Assembly: GCA_965206025.1 (NCBI GenBank)
Contig: CBDBIU010000003.1
Location: 156,372-220,371 of the forward strand
Direction of reading: 5' to 3'
From: Bryobacterales bacterium
GTDB taxonomy: Bacteria; Acidobacteriota; Terriglobia; Bryobacterales; UBA6623
DNA: 64,000 bases
The notes beneath the pieces were generated by a model. It was given only the letters and a program-made list of their open reading frames with translations, was not told the origin of the DNA and did no database searches. Shown here one piece after another: positions 26,092 through 36,068 of this stretch. The translations under genes were made by a program, and so were the position numbers. How positions within the stretch are numbered: the first letter of the stretch is position 1; the number at the start of each line of letters is the position of its first letter.

Positions 26092-26724
26092 GTGATTCAC
26101 GAAATCCTTCCCGTTGGGCTGCTGCAATGCAATTGCTCGATCTTGGGAGATGAAAACACGCGCGAGGCCATCGTCGTCGATCCGGGCGACGAAGTGGGGG
26201 AAATCACGAACGTCTTGGAGCGTCACCGGCTGCGCGTAAAGGCAATCGTCATCACCCACGCTCACATTGACCATATCGGCGGCGCGGCCAAGCTCAAACA
26301 GACCACCGCGGCGCCCGTCTACATGAACGAGAAGGATCTGGTGATTCGTGACCAGCTCGACATCCAAGCTGCATGGATCGGCGTCGAGCCGCCGGAAAAG
26401 CCCGAAATCGACGTGAAGCTTCGCGAGGGGGATTCCATTGTGCTCGCCGAGCAGGCGTTTGATGTGCTCGACACGCCGGGGCACACGCCGGGAAGCATCA
26501 GCCTGCATATCCCGAACCAAAAGAAATTGATCGCCGGAGACACGCTTTTCCGCGACAGCATCGGGCGAACGGACTTGCCGGGCGGAGACGCCCGTCGAAT
26601 CTTAGCTTCCATCAAAGAGAAACTTCTGACCCTCGACGACCAAACGATCGTCATTCCCGGCCACGGGCCCGAAACCACGATCGGCCGGGAACGGGAGCTG
26701 AATTACTTTTTGCGCGGACTGTGA
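26092..26724 (+). CDS. Metallo-beta-lactamase fold hydrolase (glyoxalase II-like)
   Basis: THAHIDHIGG, TPGHTPGS, AGDTLF..SIGRTD, PGHGPETT. Confidence 0.93.
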   Translation: MIHEILPVGLLQCNCSILGDENTREAIVVDPGDEVGEITNVLERHRLRVKAIVITHAHIDHIGGAAKLKQTTAAPVYMNEKDLVIRDQLDIQAAWIGVEPPEKPEIDVKLREGDSIVLAEQAFDVLDTPGHTPGSISLHIPNQKKLIAGDTLFRDSIGRTDLPGGDARRILASIKEKLLTLDDQTIVIPGHGPETTIGRERELNYFLRGL

Positions 26725-27197
26725 GCCCTCGTCTTCCCGCGAGGTCCGTCCAGATCAACCGCACCTAGCCGGGGCGTTTCCTCTCTCGTTTGGAACCCCA
26801 ACTGTTGACCCAGGCTGCCACGTCGTCATGAGCGACGGTACGGCCTTGTTCGGCCGATCGGATCCCCTGTCGAACCGCCTCCACGATCCACTCCTCTTGC
26901 TCTACAAACTACTGAATCGCGTAGGCCATCAACCACGATCGAGGGCGGTCCATGGCCTTGGCCATGGTGTCGAGACGTGAGATCGTCTCGGGATCCAATC
27001 TTAATTGAGGTAACTTTGCTCGGCATCTGCGTAGACTACATGGTAGTCAATCGTACTCTCATTATATACAGAGTAGTTAGACCCCGCGGCTACCTCTCCC
27101 CTCGGATGGTCAGTTGCCCGCTAGGCTTCCGTTCGCGGCCGCCTGATACCCAATCGCGTCGCGGCGGCGTTTCTCTTTGCCGACTCTCGCCCGGGCG

Positions 27198-27758
27198 TCA
27201 CTTCAAATACGGCAGCATCTGCTTGAATTCGGGCCGGCGGCTGTTGCCCAGTAACTCATAGACGGCCATCTCGGTCGAGGAAATCACGGCGCCGGCGCCG
27301 TGCATGCGCTCGATTCCGAGTGCCGCGTTCGCTTCCGAGCGCGAGGCGGTGGCATCCGCCGCCACATGGACCCGGTAGCCTTCCTGCAAAGCGCCGAGCG
27401 CGGTTTGCAGGACGCACACATGGGCTTCGACGCCCGCTAGCAATATCGTTTCTCCGGGAGCGATCTCCTGCCGCAGCGCGGCGCAAAAGCCCTCGTCACC
27501 CATGCAGCCGAACGAGACCTTGTCGATGGGATCGACGGCGGCCAGCCCAGCGATCGCGGGTACTGTCTCTCCCAAGCCCTTTCGATACTGCGTCGTGAGA
27601 ATCGTTTGGAGATTCATCACCTTGGCCAAACGCAGCAATTTCTCGGTGTTCGCGAGCACTGCCTGAGCGCCGGCGATCGCCGGGAGCAGCCTTTCCTGCA
27701 AGTCAATGACAACAAGAACTGTCGATCCTGGCTGTAGAAGAGAACCGGAAGTCGGCAT
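27198..27758 (-). CDS. Isochorismatase/cysteine hydrolase family protein
   Basis: VIDLQERL, TTQYRKGLG, KVSFGC, GVEAHVCVLQTA, E..VYELL. Confidence 0.92.
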   Translation of the reverse strand: MPTSGSLLQPGSTVLVVIDLQERLLPAIAGAQAVLANTEKLLRLAKVMNLQTILTTQYRKGLGETVPAIAGLAAVDPIDKVSFGCMGDEGFCAALRQEIAPGETILLAGVEAHVCVLQTALGALQEGYRVHVAADATASRSEANAALGIERMHGAGAVISSTEMAVYELLGNSRRPEFKQMLPYLK

Positions 27759-28099
27759 GACTCGATTGTAGCGGAGGGGTGGCGGACGGCGATTGAAGAA
27801 TGACAATTGGCGGCCTGCCTGGTCCTGGACCTAGATGAGCGGCGGGCGACCGTCAGAGTGCGAAGGGCAAACGGGGCAGCCGGCTCACGCCGGTGGCCGG
27901 CCGCTTGCCGGGTGTCTCAAGCGAGCGTTATCATGACAGTGCAAGCGTCTCTTACGCCTGAGACAAACGGTCCCGGCGAGGACAGTCCGGCTGCAATCCG
28001 TCGCCGATTGCAGCGATTTTCGGTAGTCGCTTGAGTTGCCGATCACCTCGCAGCGCGACGTCAGGGTTCCGGAGGCTGTGTTTGTCGGGAGGAGGGCTT

Positions 28100-28984
28100 A
28101 TGTACCTCAGTGAAGATTTTCGACTGAAAGTCGGCTTGGCGGAAATGCTCAAAGGCGGGGTCATCATGGACGTCACCAACGCCGAGCAAGCCAAGATCGC
28201 CGAGCAGGCCGGCGCGGTGTCGGTCATGGCCCTCGAGCGCGTTCCGGCCGACATCCGCAAGGAAGGCGGCGTCGCCCGCATGGCGGCCATCACCAAGATC
28301 CGCCAGATCATGGAGACGGTGAGCATTCCCGTGATGGCGAAAGTCCGTATCGGACACTTCGCGGAAGCCAATGTTCTAGAGGCGCTGAAAGTCGACTATA
28401 TCGACGAGAGCGAAGTGCTCACGCCGGCGGACGAGGAGCACCACATCGACAAAACACCGTTCAAGGTGCCCTTCGTGTGCGGCGCCCGCAACCTCGGAGA
28501 GGCTCTGCGGCGTATCTCGGAGGGTGCTGCCATGATCCGCACCAAAGGCGAAGCGGGATCGGGCAACGTCGTTGAGGCGGTACGGCACATGCGAGCGATT
28601 CAACGGGAAATGAAACAACTGACCGTGACGCCCACCGAAGAGCTCGCCGCGGCCGCCAAGCAACTGCAGGCTCCGCTCGAATTGGTGGAATACGTTGCCG
28701 AGAACGCTAAACTTCCCACGCCGAACTTCTCCGCGGGCGGGATCGCCACTCCGGCCGATGCGGCGCTGGTGATGCACCTTGGCGCCCAAGCCTGCTTCGT
28801 TGGCTCGGGAATCTTCAAGTCGGAAGACCCCGAGCGGCGCGCGCGAGCCATCGTCAAGGCGACCACTTACTACAACGACCCTGACCAACTGCTCAAAGCC
28901 AGCGAGGAACTGGGCGAGCCGATGCCGGGCCTCGATATCTCCAAGCTGCCCGAAGAGGAACTGCTTCAAACCCGTGGCTGGTAG
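28100..28984 (+). CDS. pdxS: Pyridoxal 5'-phosphate synthase lyase subunit
   Basis: [49 protein letters not shown]. Confidence 0.97.
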   Translation: MYLSEDFRLKVGLAEMLKGGVIMDVTNAEQAKIAEQAGAVSVMALERVPADIRKEGGVARMAAITKIRQIMETVSIPVMAKVRIGHFAEANVLEALKVDYIDESEVLTPADEEHHIDKTPFKVPFVCGARNLGEALRRISEGAAMIRTKGEAGSGNVVEAVRHMRAIQREMKQLTVTPTEELAAAAKQLQAPLELVEYVAENAKLPTPNFSAGGIATPADAALVMHLGAQACFVGSGIFKSEDPERRARAIVKATTYYNDPDQLLKASEELGEPMPGLDISKLPEEELLQTRGW

Positions 28985-29594
28985 CGGTTTGCCCCGGCCG
29001 TCCCGAGGCGGTACGAGGGTCGGCATCCTATCGCTACAGGGCGACTTCAGTGCACACGCCGGTGTTTTGAAGGCGCTAGGCGCCGACCCCGTTCTCGTCC
29101 GTAGCCCGGAGCAACTTGACCTCGTCGAAGGGCTCATCATCCCTGGCGGGGAAAGCACGACCATGTTGAAGCTCGTCAACGAGGAAGGGTTGCTGGATCC
29201 GCTTGTCGGGTTTGCTGCACGGCGCCCCCTGCTCGGCACCTGCGCCGGCTCGATTCTGATGGCGACTGACATTACCTCTCCGCGGCAACCGGGTCTCGGT
29301 CTGGTTGATGTCTCGATCGAACGCAATGCCTACGGACGGCAGGTCGATAGCTCCATCCGTTCGGTGTCGCCGAGAGGCGAATTCCTCGCCCGCACTAGCC
29401 CCGGGGAGCTCGAAGCGGTCTTCATCCGCGCCCCCATCATCCGCCGTGTCGGGAGTGGGGTGCATGTTCTCGCCGAAGACGCCGGCCACCCGATTCTGGT
29501 TGAGCAGGGCCGTCACCTGGCGGCCACTTTTCACCCTGAGCTGTCGCAAGACCGGCGCGTGCATCAACTTTTTCTGCAGAAAATCCGAGGTTAA
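28974..29594 (+). CDS. pdxT: PLP synthase glutaminase subunit
   Basis: [42 protein letters not shown]. Confidence 0.95.
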   Translation: MAGSGLPRPSRGGTRVGILSLQGDFSAHAGVLKALGADPVLVRSPEQLDLVEGLIIPGGESTTMLKLVNEEGLLDPLVGFAARRPLLGTCAGSILMATDITSPRQPGLGLVDVSIERNAYGRQVDSSIRSVSPRGEFLARTSPGELEAVFIRAPIIRRVGSGVHVLAEDAGHPILVEQGRHLAATFHPELSQDRRVHQLFLQKIRG

Positions 29595-29611
29595 TAGAGT
29601 AGAAAAGAGCC

Positions 29612-30049
29612 GTGCAGCTTCCCATACGAGTCTTGTTCGTTTGCATCGGCAACTCCTGTCGAAGCCAGATGGCCGAGGGCTTCGCCCGGCACAAGTATGC
29701 CGACTTGATGGAGCCCTGTAGCGCGGGGCTGTTTCCCGCGCCTATCGTCCAACCCGAGACGATTACCTGTATGGAGGACATAGGAATTCCCCTTGACGGC
29801 CAGGCTCCGAAGGGGATGGACGCCGTTGATTGGGAGTCGATCGACCTGCTTGTAAATATGAGTGGCGCGTCCGTGCTCGAGCGGGTACCCGGATTCTCCG
29901 GCTTGAATCTGATCTGGAACGTCGGCGACCCGATCGGGAAATCCGCTAAGCATTATCGGCAGTCTCGTGGCCGGATCGAACAGCTACTCGACGGGTTGGC
30001 CGAAACACTTAAAAATCAGGCGGATCTGCCGACAAGACGTCCCCACTAG
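29612..30049 (+). CDS. LMW protein-tyrosine phosphatase / arsenate reductase (thioredoxin-type) family
   Basis: P-loop VLFVCIGNSCRSQMAEG, W.V.DP.G; its stop TAG is supplied by the CTAG repeat. Confidence 0.88.
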   Translation: MQLPIRVLFVCIGNSCRSQMAEGFARHKYADLMEPCSAGLFPAPIVQPETITCMEDIGIPLDGQAPKGMDAVDWESIDLLVNMSGASVLERVPGFSGLNLIWNVGDPIGKSAKHYRQSRGRIEQLLDGLAETLKNQADLPTRRPH

Positions 30050-30315
30050 CCCGGATTTCTCACCACCTGCCGGCAGGGTTGGAAGCAAATGCCCGCTGTC
30101 AGGGATGTAGGGGCGACATGTCGCGCCCAGACAAGCTGAAGCTTGTCTGACCTTCCAACCAGGACAAACACGAGTGTTTGTCGACACCGGAGCACCCGAT
30201 AGACCCGTAGCACGAGCTCGCTTTTGAGATCCGCCGCCTTTCCTCTGTTGCCGCGAGCCGTAGCCGCCGGACCTTTCGCCTCATCCACCGCGCCGTGGCG
30301 AGAAAAGCGAGCTAG
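30046..30315. repeat. 270-bp composite CTAG-bounded repeat carrying a GTAG REP (30107-30128)
   Basis: CTAGCCCGGATTTCTCACCAC...GTGGCGAGAAAAGCGAGCTAG; the right module matches 60204-60275 inverted. Confidence 0.8.
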
Positions 30316-30354
30316 GGCCTACGTTCTGTCGCGGCCGGCGGGAGGTCGGGGCTG

Positions 30355-31800
30355 TCAAGCCAACATTCTATTGACCACATTCCCCCCGACGTCGGTCAGG
30401 CGAAAGTCGCGTCCCATGTGGCGATAGGTGAGCTTGGTGTGGTCGAAACCGAGGCGGTCGAGGACAGTAGCCTGCAGGTCGTGAAGATGGATCGGGTCTT
30501 CGGCGATCGCTAAGCCTAGTTCGTCGGTTTTGCCGATTACCTGCCCGCCTTTGATGCCACCGCCGGCCAACCACATGCTGAATCCGTTGGGATGGTGGTC
30601 GCGGCCGGCGCTCTCCGCATCGTCGGGGCGATTGAGCTGCACCATCGGGGTGCGGCCGAACTCCCCGCCCCAGATGACCAGCGTGCTATCCAGCAGGCCG
30701 CGCTGCTTGAGATCGGTGATGAGGGCGGCGATCGGCTTGTCGGTCTTGTCGCAGTTCCCCTTCAGGTTCTTGTTGAGCTCGGAATGGTCGTCCCAAGTGG
30801 CGTGGGAGAGCATGACGAACCGTACTCCTCGCTCGACCAATCTTCGAGCCAGCAGGCAGTTGGTTCCGTACTGCTTGGTCGTTTCCTCATGGACTCCGTA
30901 CATGTCAAGGACGTGCTGCGGCTCGTCGGAGAAATCGATCAACTCGGGCGACGAAGACTGCATGCGAAACGCCAGCTCGTAGGAGGCGATGCGCGAGGCT
31001 ACCTCCAGATCGCCGGTATCGCGATAGTGCCCTTCATTGAGGTCGCGCAGCACGTCGAGGCTGAGACGCTGCATTTTGCGGCTCACGCCGGGAGGGTTCG
31101 AAAGGTAGAGGATTGGATCTCCCGAGCTACGGAAGGGGACGCCCGCGTAGGTGGAGGGCAGGAACCCGCTCGAATAATTGCTGGAACCGCCACTGGCGCC
31201 CCCCTTCCCGGAGCTCAACACCACGAACCCGGGCAGGTCTTGCGATTCGCTGCCCAATCCATAGGTGACCCAGCTCCCCAGCGTGGGCCGGCCCACGAGG
31301 GGGCTGCCGCTCATCAGCAAGGATTGCCCCGGGTGGTGGTTAAAAGCCTCGCTATACATCGAGCGGACGAGACAGATGTCATCCACTATGGAACCGGTGT
31401 GGGGCAGGAAGTCTGAAATCTCGATTCCGCTCTGCCCGTGAGGGGTGAACGTACGTGGACTGGGCAAGATCGTGGCCGAGGGCTTGATGAACGCCAGTTT
31501 GAGGTCTTTCGTCATCGAGGGAGGGAGGGCCTGCCCTTCCCACTTCTTGAGAGCCGGCTTGGGATCGTAGAGGTCCATCTGGCTTGGCGCCCCGGCCATG
31601 AAGAGAAAGATCACGTTCTTAGCCGTCGCCGCATGGGGCGGAGCTTTGGCGGCCAACGGATTGATCTTTGTCGGGTCTTCAGCCGCGGTTCGTCCCTCGA
31701 GGGCCAGCAAATGCGCCAGTGCGGCCGTGCCGAGGCCTCCGACGCAGTTATGCAGGAACGCGCGGCGCGTTCGAATGCGTTGAAATTCCTCGTAGGTCAT
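30355..31800 (-). CDS. DUF1501 family protein (Tat-like RR motif)
   Basis: RTRRAFL, AKNVIFLFMAGAPSQMDLYDPKP, FNHHPGQ, LARRLVERGVRFV, WGGEFGRTP, GRDHHP, GRDFRLTDV. Confidence 0.93.
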   Translation of the reverse strand: MTYEEFQRIRTRRAFLHNCVGGLGTAALAHLLALEGRTAAEDPTKINPLAAKAPPHAATAKNVIFLFMAGAPSQMDLYDPKPALKKWEGQALPPSMTKDLKLAFIKPSATILPSPRTFTPHGQSGIEISDFLPHTGSIVDDICLVRSMYSEAFNHHPGQSLLMSGSPLVGRPTLGSWVTYGLGSESQDLPGFVVLSSGKGGASGGSSNYSSGFLPSTYAGVPFRSSGDPILYLSNPPGVSRKMQRLSLDVLRDLNEGHYRDTGDLEVASRIASYELAFRMQSSSPELIDFSDEPQHVLDMYGVHEETTKQYGTNCLLARRLVERGVRFVMLSHATWDDHSELNKNLKGNCDKTDKPIAALITDLKQRGLLDSTLVIWGGEFGRTPMVQLNRPDDAESAGRDHHPNGFSMWLAGGGIKGGQVIGKTDELGLAIAEDPIHLHDLQATVLDRLGFDHTKLTYRHMGRDFRLTDVGGNVVNRMLA

Positions 31801-31858
31801 CACTGCCTCCAGCAACCGTAGTCCGCGGCCACGAGACGGGAACGGAGAAATCCCGCCC

Positions 31859-34501
31859 CTACTCCCTTGTTATGAACTCGTCCAGGTTTATCAAGATACG
31901 GCTGACTCCGACCCAGGCAGCCAGCTCCCGGCGATTGGCGCCCTCCAAAACGGCCGGGAAGAGCGAGGCAATCGCCTGAGGATCGTTGTCGAGCAACCGC
32001 TCTTGTTGGGTGAGGTAGCCCAACATCTTCTCCTGCTCCCAGGCTTTTGGCCGGCGCGATAGGCAAAGCTGATAAGCGTAGTCGAGCCGGTCAGCGAAAT
32101 CGGTCCCCGGCGCCTCTTGCAGAATTCGCATGGCCAGCCCCTGTGCGGCCCCGAAAAACACCGGGTCGTTGAGCAGGTTCAGCGACTGCAAGGGAGTATT
32201 GGAGCGCTCTCGGCGACATTCCGCCGTACTGGCCTCCCGGGCATCGAAATTCTGCAAGAACGGATAAGGGACGCTGCGCTGAAAGTGAATGTACAAGCCC
32301 CGGCGGTAAAGGTTCTTCCCCTCGCCGTCGGCGAAGTCCACGAACTGGCCGGCTCGGAAGAACAAATCTTGGACGCCCTCAGGCAGTGGCAACTGCACGC
32401 TGGGTCCGCCGACAGCCCCATAAAGCAGCCCGCTCACTTCCAGGGCGCTGTCGCGAATGAGCTCCGCCGGCAACCGAAGGCGGGACTGGCGGGCCAGCAA
32501 AGTGTTCGCGGGGTCGCTCTCCAGCAAGTCGGGCCGCGTGCCGGAAGCCTGCCGATAGGTCGCCGACATGACAATCGACTTGTGCAACTTCTTTAAGCTC
32601 CAGCCGTTGTCGACGAATTCCGCGGCGAGCCAATCAAGTAGTTGGGGATGGGAAGGCTTTTCGCCCTGGGTGCCGAAATTCTCCGACGTCAGCACGAGAC
32701 CCCGCCCGAAGTACTCCTGCCAGATGCGGTTTACCGTGACCCGGGCCGTTAGCGAGTTCTCAGGCGAGGTCAGCCATCTGGCCAAGTCGAGGCGCGTGAG
32801 CTTCCCGTTGGTCTCGGGTCGCGGCAGAACGGCCGGCGTCATCGGTGTGACTTCAATTCCGCGGCGGTCCCACTGACCGCGCACGTGGAGATGAGTTTTC
32901 CGCGGCTGTGGGCTCTCCACGACGACGCGCGCTTGGGTGAGCTGCGGGTAGGACGCTTTCAGCTCGGCGAGCTTCTTTGTCAACTCATCGAGACCCAATC
33001 CTTTGTAAACGTCCTCGCCTAGAATTTTCGGAGCCCGTCCAAGCAGGAAGTCCATCAGCACGTCTTGCTGACGATCGCTGCGCTGTTCCCGCGGCATGCG
33101 GAGGAACTTATGTCCGCCATCGGTCATCTTTTCGAGCCCGTCATAATGTCCGTCCCAGTCGGTCCATTTGCCCGGGTTGTCGGCGGCCAGAATGAGCTTC
33201 GCTTCCCAAGGGTCCATCAGTTCCGGTCCGACGCAGTATTCCTCGAGCAGCGCGGCGCGCTGGGCCAGGTACTCGGAGCGCTTTTGCAGGTAGGGACCCA
33301 TCTCCCCCGGCAGGGGGGCGTCGATCATCGGCTCTTCGAGGTTGTTGAAAAAAGCGTAGAAGCCGTAGTAGTCCTTCTGTGAAATCGGATCGTACTTATG
33401 GTCGTGGCACTGGGCGCAGCCCACCGTCAACCCGAGCCATACGGTGCCGACGGTGTTCGCTCGATCAATCGTCTCCTCAAAGCGGAACTGTTCGAGATTC
33501 ACGCCGCCTTCGCGGTTTTTCAAAGTGTTGCGGTGCAGGCCGGTGGCGACGCGCTGCTCGATGCCCGCGTTAGGAAGCAGATCTCCGGCGATCTGCTCGA
33601 TGGTGAACTGGTCGAAGGGCATGTCGCGGTTAAGAGCGTTGACCACCCAATGGCGGTAGCGCCAAGCGTAGGGGCGGACGACGTCCTTCTCATAGCCGTC
33701 GCTGTCGGCGTAGCGAGCCAGATCGAGCCAGTGCATGGCCCACTTTTCGCCGTAGTGTTTCGAATTGAGGAGGCCGTCGACCAACTGCTCGTAAGCGCCG
33801 CGGCGGTCGTCTGCGAGAAATTTCGCCACCTGCCGCGGGGTTGGGGGAAGTCCGATCAGGTCCAGGCTGACCCGGCGGATCAGCGTACGCCTGTCGGCTT
33901 CCGGAGAAGGTTCGATACCCTCCGCCTCCAGGCGAGCCAGTACGAAAGCGTCTATGGCGTTACTTGCCCACGAGTGGTCTTGCACATCCGGAACCGGGGG
34001 CCGGCGCAGCGGCTGGAAGGACCAGTGGGTGGATTTCGGAGGGCTACGGATCGTCTGTTCTTCTTCAACTGGGAGTTTTGAGGAAGCGGTCGTCGGCTTC
34101 GCCCGCCGCGGGCGTTGGGCCCCTTGATCGATCCAAGCGCGCAGAACGCCGATTTCCGCGGAGGTCAGGCGGTCTCCCAGGGGGGGCATCACGATGTCTT
34201 TCTCCAGGCCTGCGACCAGGTGGATCAAGCGGCTTTTCGCGCTGTTGCGGGGGACAACGGCCGGTCCCGAATACCCACCCCGCTCGGCGTCACCGGGTCG
34301 GTCGAGCCGCAGCCCGTTCATCTGCTGCCGTGGGCCGTGACAGACATAGCAGCGCTCGATGACCGGCTTGACGTCCCGGTCAAAATCGATCTGCTTGGTT
34401 GACGGCGGCGGGAGTTTGGAGGTATCCGCGCTTGCCGGCAGGGCACCCGCGACCCCGGCGAACAGGAGGACAGCCCAACGGTTAGGTCCCATACAGAACA
34501 T
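31859..34501 (-). CDS. Planctomycete-type cytochrome c PSD1 protein (PSCyt1 + DUF1549 + DUF1553)
   Basis: CYVCH and CAQCH heme motifs, HWSFQP, NAIDAFVLARL, WLDLARYADSDG, ARVTVNRIWQEYFGRG, NTPLQSLNLLND. Confidence 0.93.
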   Translation of the reverse strand: MFCMGPNRWAVLLFAGVAGALPASADTSKLPPPSTKQIDFDRDVKPVIERCYVCHGPRQQMNGLRLDRPGDAERGGYSGPAVVPRNSAKSRLIHLVAGLEKDIVMPPLGDRLTSAEIGVLRAWIDQGAQRPRRAKPTTASSKLPVEEEQTIRSPPKSTHWSFQPLRRPPVPDVQDHSWASNAIDAFVLARLEAEGIEPSPEADRRTLIRRVSLDLIGLPPTPRQVAKFLADDRRGAYEQLVDGLLNSKHYGEKWAMHWLDLARYADSDGYEKDVVRPYAWRYRHWVVNALNRDMPFDQFTIEQIAGDLLPNAGIEQRVATGLHRNTLKNREGGVNLEQFRFEETIDRANTVGTVWLGLTVGCAQCHDHKYDPISQKDYYGFYAFFNNLEEPMIDAPLPGEMGPYLQKRSEYLAQRAALLEEYCVGPELMDPWEAKLILAADNPGKWTDWDGHYDGLEKMTDGGHKFLRMPREQRSDRQQDVLMDFLLGRAPKILGEDVYKGLGLDELTKKLAELKASYPQLTQARVVVESPQPRKTHLHVRGQWDRRGIEVTPMTPAVLPRPETNGKLTRLDLARWLTSPENSLTARVTVNRIWQEYFGRGLVLTSENFGTQGEKPSHPQLLDWLAAEFVDNGWSLKKLHKSIVMSATYRQASGTRPDLLESDPANTLLARQSRLRLPAELIRDSALEVSGLLYGAVGGPSVQLPLPEGVQDLFFRAGQFVDFADGEGKNLYRRGLYIHFQRSVPYPFLQNFDAREASTAECRRERSNTPLQSLNLLNDPVFFGAAQGLAMRILQEAPGTDFADRLDYAYQLCLSRRPKAWEQEKMLGYLTQQERLLDNDPQAIASLFPAVLEGANRRELAAWVGVSRILINLDEFITRE

Positions 34502-34562
34502 CCTATTTCACATCATCTGGATCTAAGTTTACCGCGCAAGACTTGTCGACGCCTAGCCTTGC

Positions 34563-34605
34563 CTAGCCTGCATTTCTCGCCGCGTGGCGAGAGATGTGGG
34601 CTGGA
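34563..34605. repeat. Short CTAG-bounded palindromic repeat
   Basis: CTAGCCTGCATTTTCTCGCCGCGTGGCGAGAGATGTGGGCTGG. Confidence 0.7.
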
Positions 34606-34992
34606 ACCCCTGTCGCAACTCATTGATTGGAAGCTGGTTGTGGGAAATCGGGTTTGTTTGGTAATTTTTCTCCCTGCTCTGTTGCCGCGAGCGAAAAAAC
34701 CTGTGGCTGGGTGGGGGAAGCGCCGCGGATACTCAGCCGCGGCTTTCCATGCTCGCTGACAATAAAGAAGTCAGCGCTGGGCCGCCTGTCGTAATCCCCG
34801 ATTTCGCGATACCTCCCTTCCTGAGACAGGCTCCTGTGTTAATTCTATCGCGGGGGACTTGGATTCCCCTGGACAGAGGCCGCGAGGTTATTGAAAGTAA
34901 GAGATGTTGCCGCGCGTGACGGCTGATTGGCCCCTACCGACCAGAGGTCGTCGCCGCGGTCTCGAGGACTGTCCGACAGCGCTACGTCGGCA

Positions 34993-35015
34993 GGCGCGAT
35001 TGATTGTGCCCCTAC
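34993..35015 (-). repeat. GTAG-type REP
   Basis: Reverse complement reads GTAGGGGCACAATCAATCGCGCC. Confidence 0.6.
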
Positions 35016-35030
35016 ATGTCAAACGGCGAG

Positions 35031-35142
35031 TCTTGTGCTCCCCTGCCGCCAGCCGCCGGTGAGCCACCCGGCCGCAAAACGGCTGGGCGAGCAACCTGCG
35101 CTAATCGAGGCGACGGTTCGCAAACGGCACAGGGGCGCAAGA
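35031..35142 (+). ncRNA. Candidate structured leader/ncRNA upstream of the TIM-barrel/asnS/ddl operon
   Basis: About 16 of 18 bp closing stem (35031-48 with 35125-42) enclosing hairpins CCCGGCCG-CAAAA-CGGCTGGG and GCGAGC...GTTCGC; G-U pairs favour the plus strand. Confidence 0.3.
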
Positions 35143-35237
35143 ATGTCGACTCAGAGATTCCGATACAATCAATTCCTGGCCTACCGCGGCACCGACACTT
35201 TCCGAGAACCGAGCACGGAGAGAGACCTTAGCTCACC

Positions 35238-36068
35238 ATGAGGCACGCACTTTCTACTTATCTTTTTGTTGAACAGCGCCTGACCGTGGCGCTGTTGGAC
35301 CGCATTCTGCGAAGCGGTGTCGAGGAGATCGAGATTTTCTGCGCCCGGCAACATATCGACTACCACAATCGAGCTCAGATCGACGAACTGAAACACTGGT
35401 TCCGGGATGCGGAGTTGAAAATTCATTCCATCCATGCGCCGATGTTCAGCGACGACGTCTGGGGGCGTACGGGGCCCAACTCAGTGGTTTCGATCACCGA
35501 AACTACGAAGGCCAGGCGCATCGCGGCGACCGACGAGATCAAACGGGCCATGGCGATGGCCGAGTTCATCCCCTTTCGCCAGGTGGTGCAACACATCGGC
35601 ACGCCGGACGACGAATATGACGAGCATAAGATCGAGGCGGCTTTCAACTGTTTGGATGAGCTGATTGTCTTCGGCAGCCAGCTCGGCGTCGAGATCTTGG
35701 TGGAGAACATTCCCAACGCACTTTCGAGCGCCGAACGCCTGAACTTGTTTGTCGGATCGAGCCATCTGCGGGTCGGCTATTGCTTCGATACGGGGCACGC
35801 CCACCTCGGCTCGGGCATTGAGCGCGAGTTTGAACTGATGAAACACCGCATCCGCTCAACACATGTGCATGACAACGACGGCCAGGAGGATTCACACATC
35901 TTTCCCTTGGTCGGCTCGGGAGGCGCGATTGATTGGAAGCCGACGATCGAGCTGCTGCGCTCTTTGGGCGACGACGTTCCTCTGTTGCTGGAACTGCGCG
36001 ATGTTCCCGAAATGGCCAAGCCCCTGGAAAGGGTGCAGGAGACTTTCGATCGGCTGGAGAACGTCTAG
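35238..36068 (+). CDS. Sugar-phosphate isomerase/epimerase (AP endonuclease 2 TIM barrel)
   Basis: SIHAP, VENIP, CFDTGHAH, THVHDNDG..DSH, LLELR. Confidence 0.88.
   Translation: MRHALSTYLFVEQRLTVALLDRILRSGVEEIEIFCARQHIDYHNRAQIDELKHWFRDAELKIHSIHAPMFSDDVWGRTGPNSVVSITETTKARRIAATDEIKRAMAMAEFIPFRQVVQHIGTPDDEYDEHKIEAAFNCLDELIVFGSQLGVEILVENIPNALSSAERLNLFVGSSHLRVGYCFDTGHAHLGSGIEREFELMKHRIRSTHVHDNDGQEDSHIFPLVGSGGAIDWKPTIELLRSLGDDVPLLLELRDVPEMAKPLERVQETFDRLENV

Noticed and set aside
28376-29326. Long antisense ORFs opposite pdxS, ddl, the S1-like gene, the TPR gene and others
   Set aside because: Expected from codon bias at high GC; the opposite strand carries the recognisable gene.
35031-35142. Assignment to a known riboswitch (SAM-I/IV, ydaO, GEMM, cobalamin, ZTP), 6S or SRP RNA
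   Set aside because: The diagnostic conserved motifs did not match by eye, so it is kept only as an unnamed candidate.
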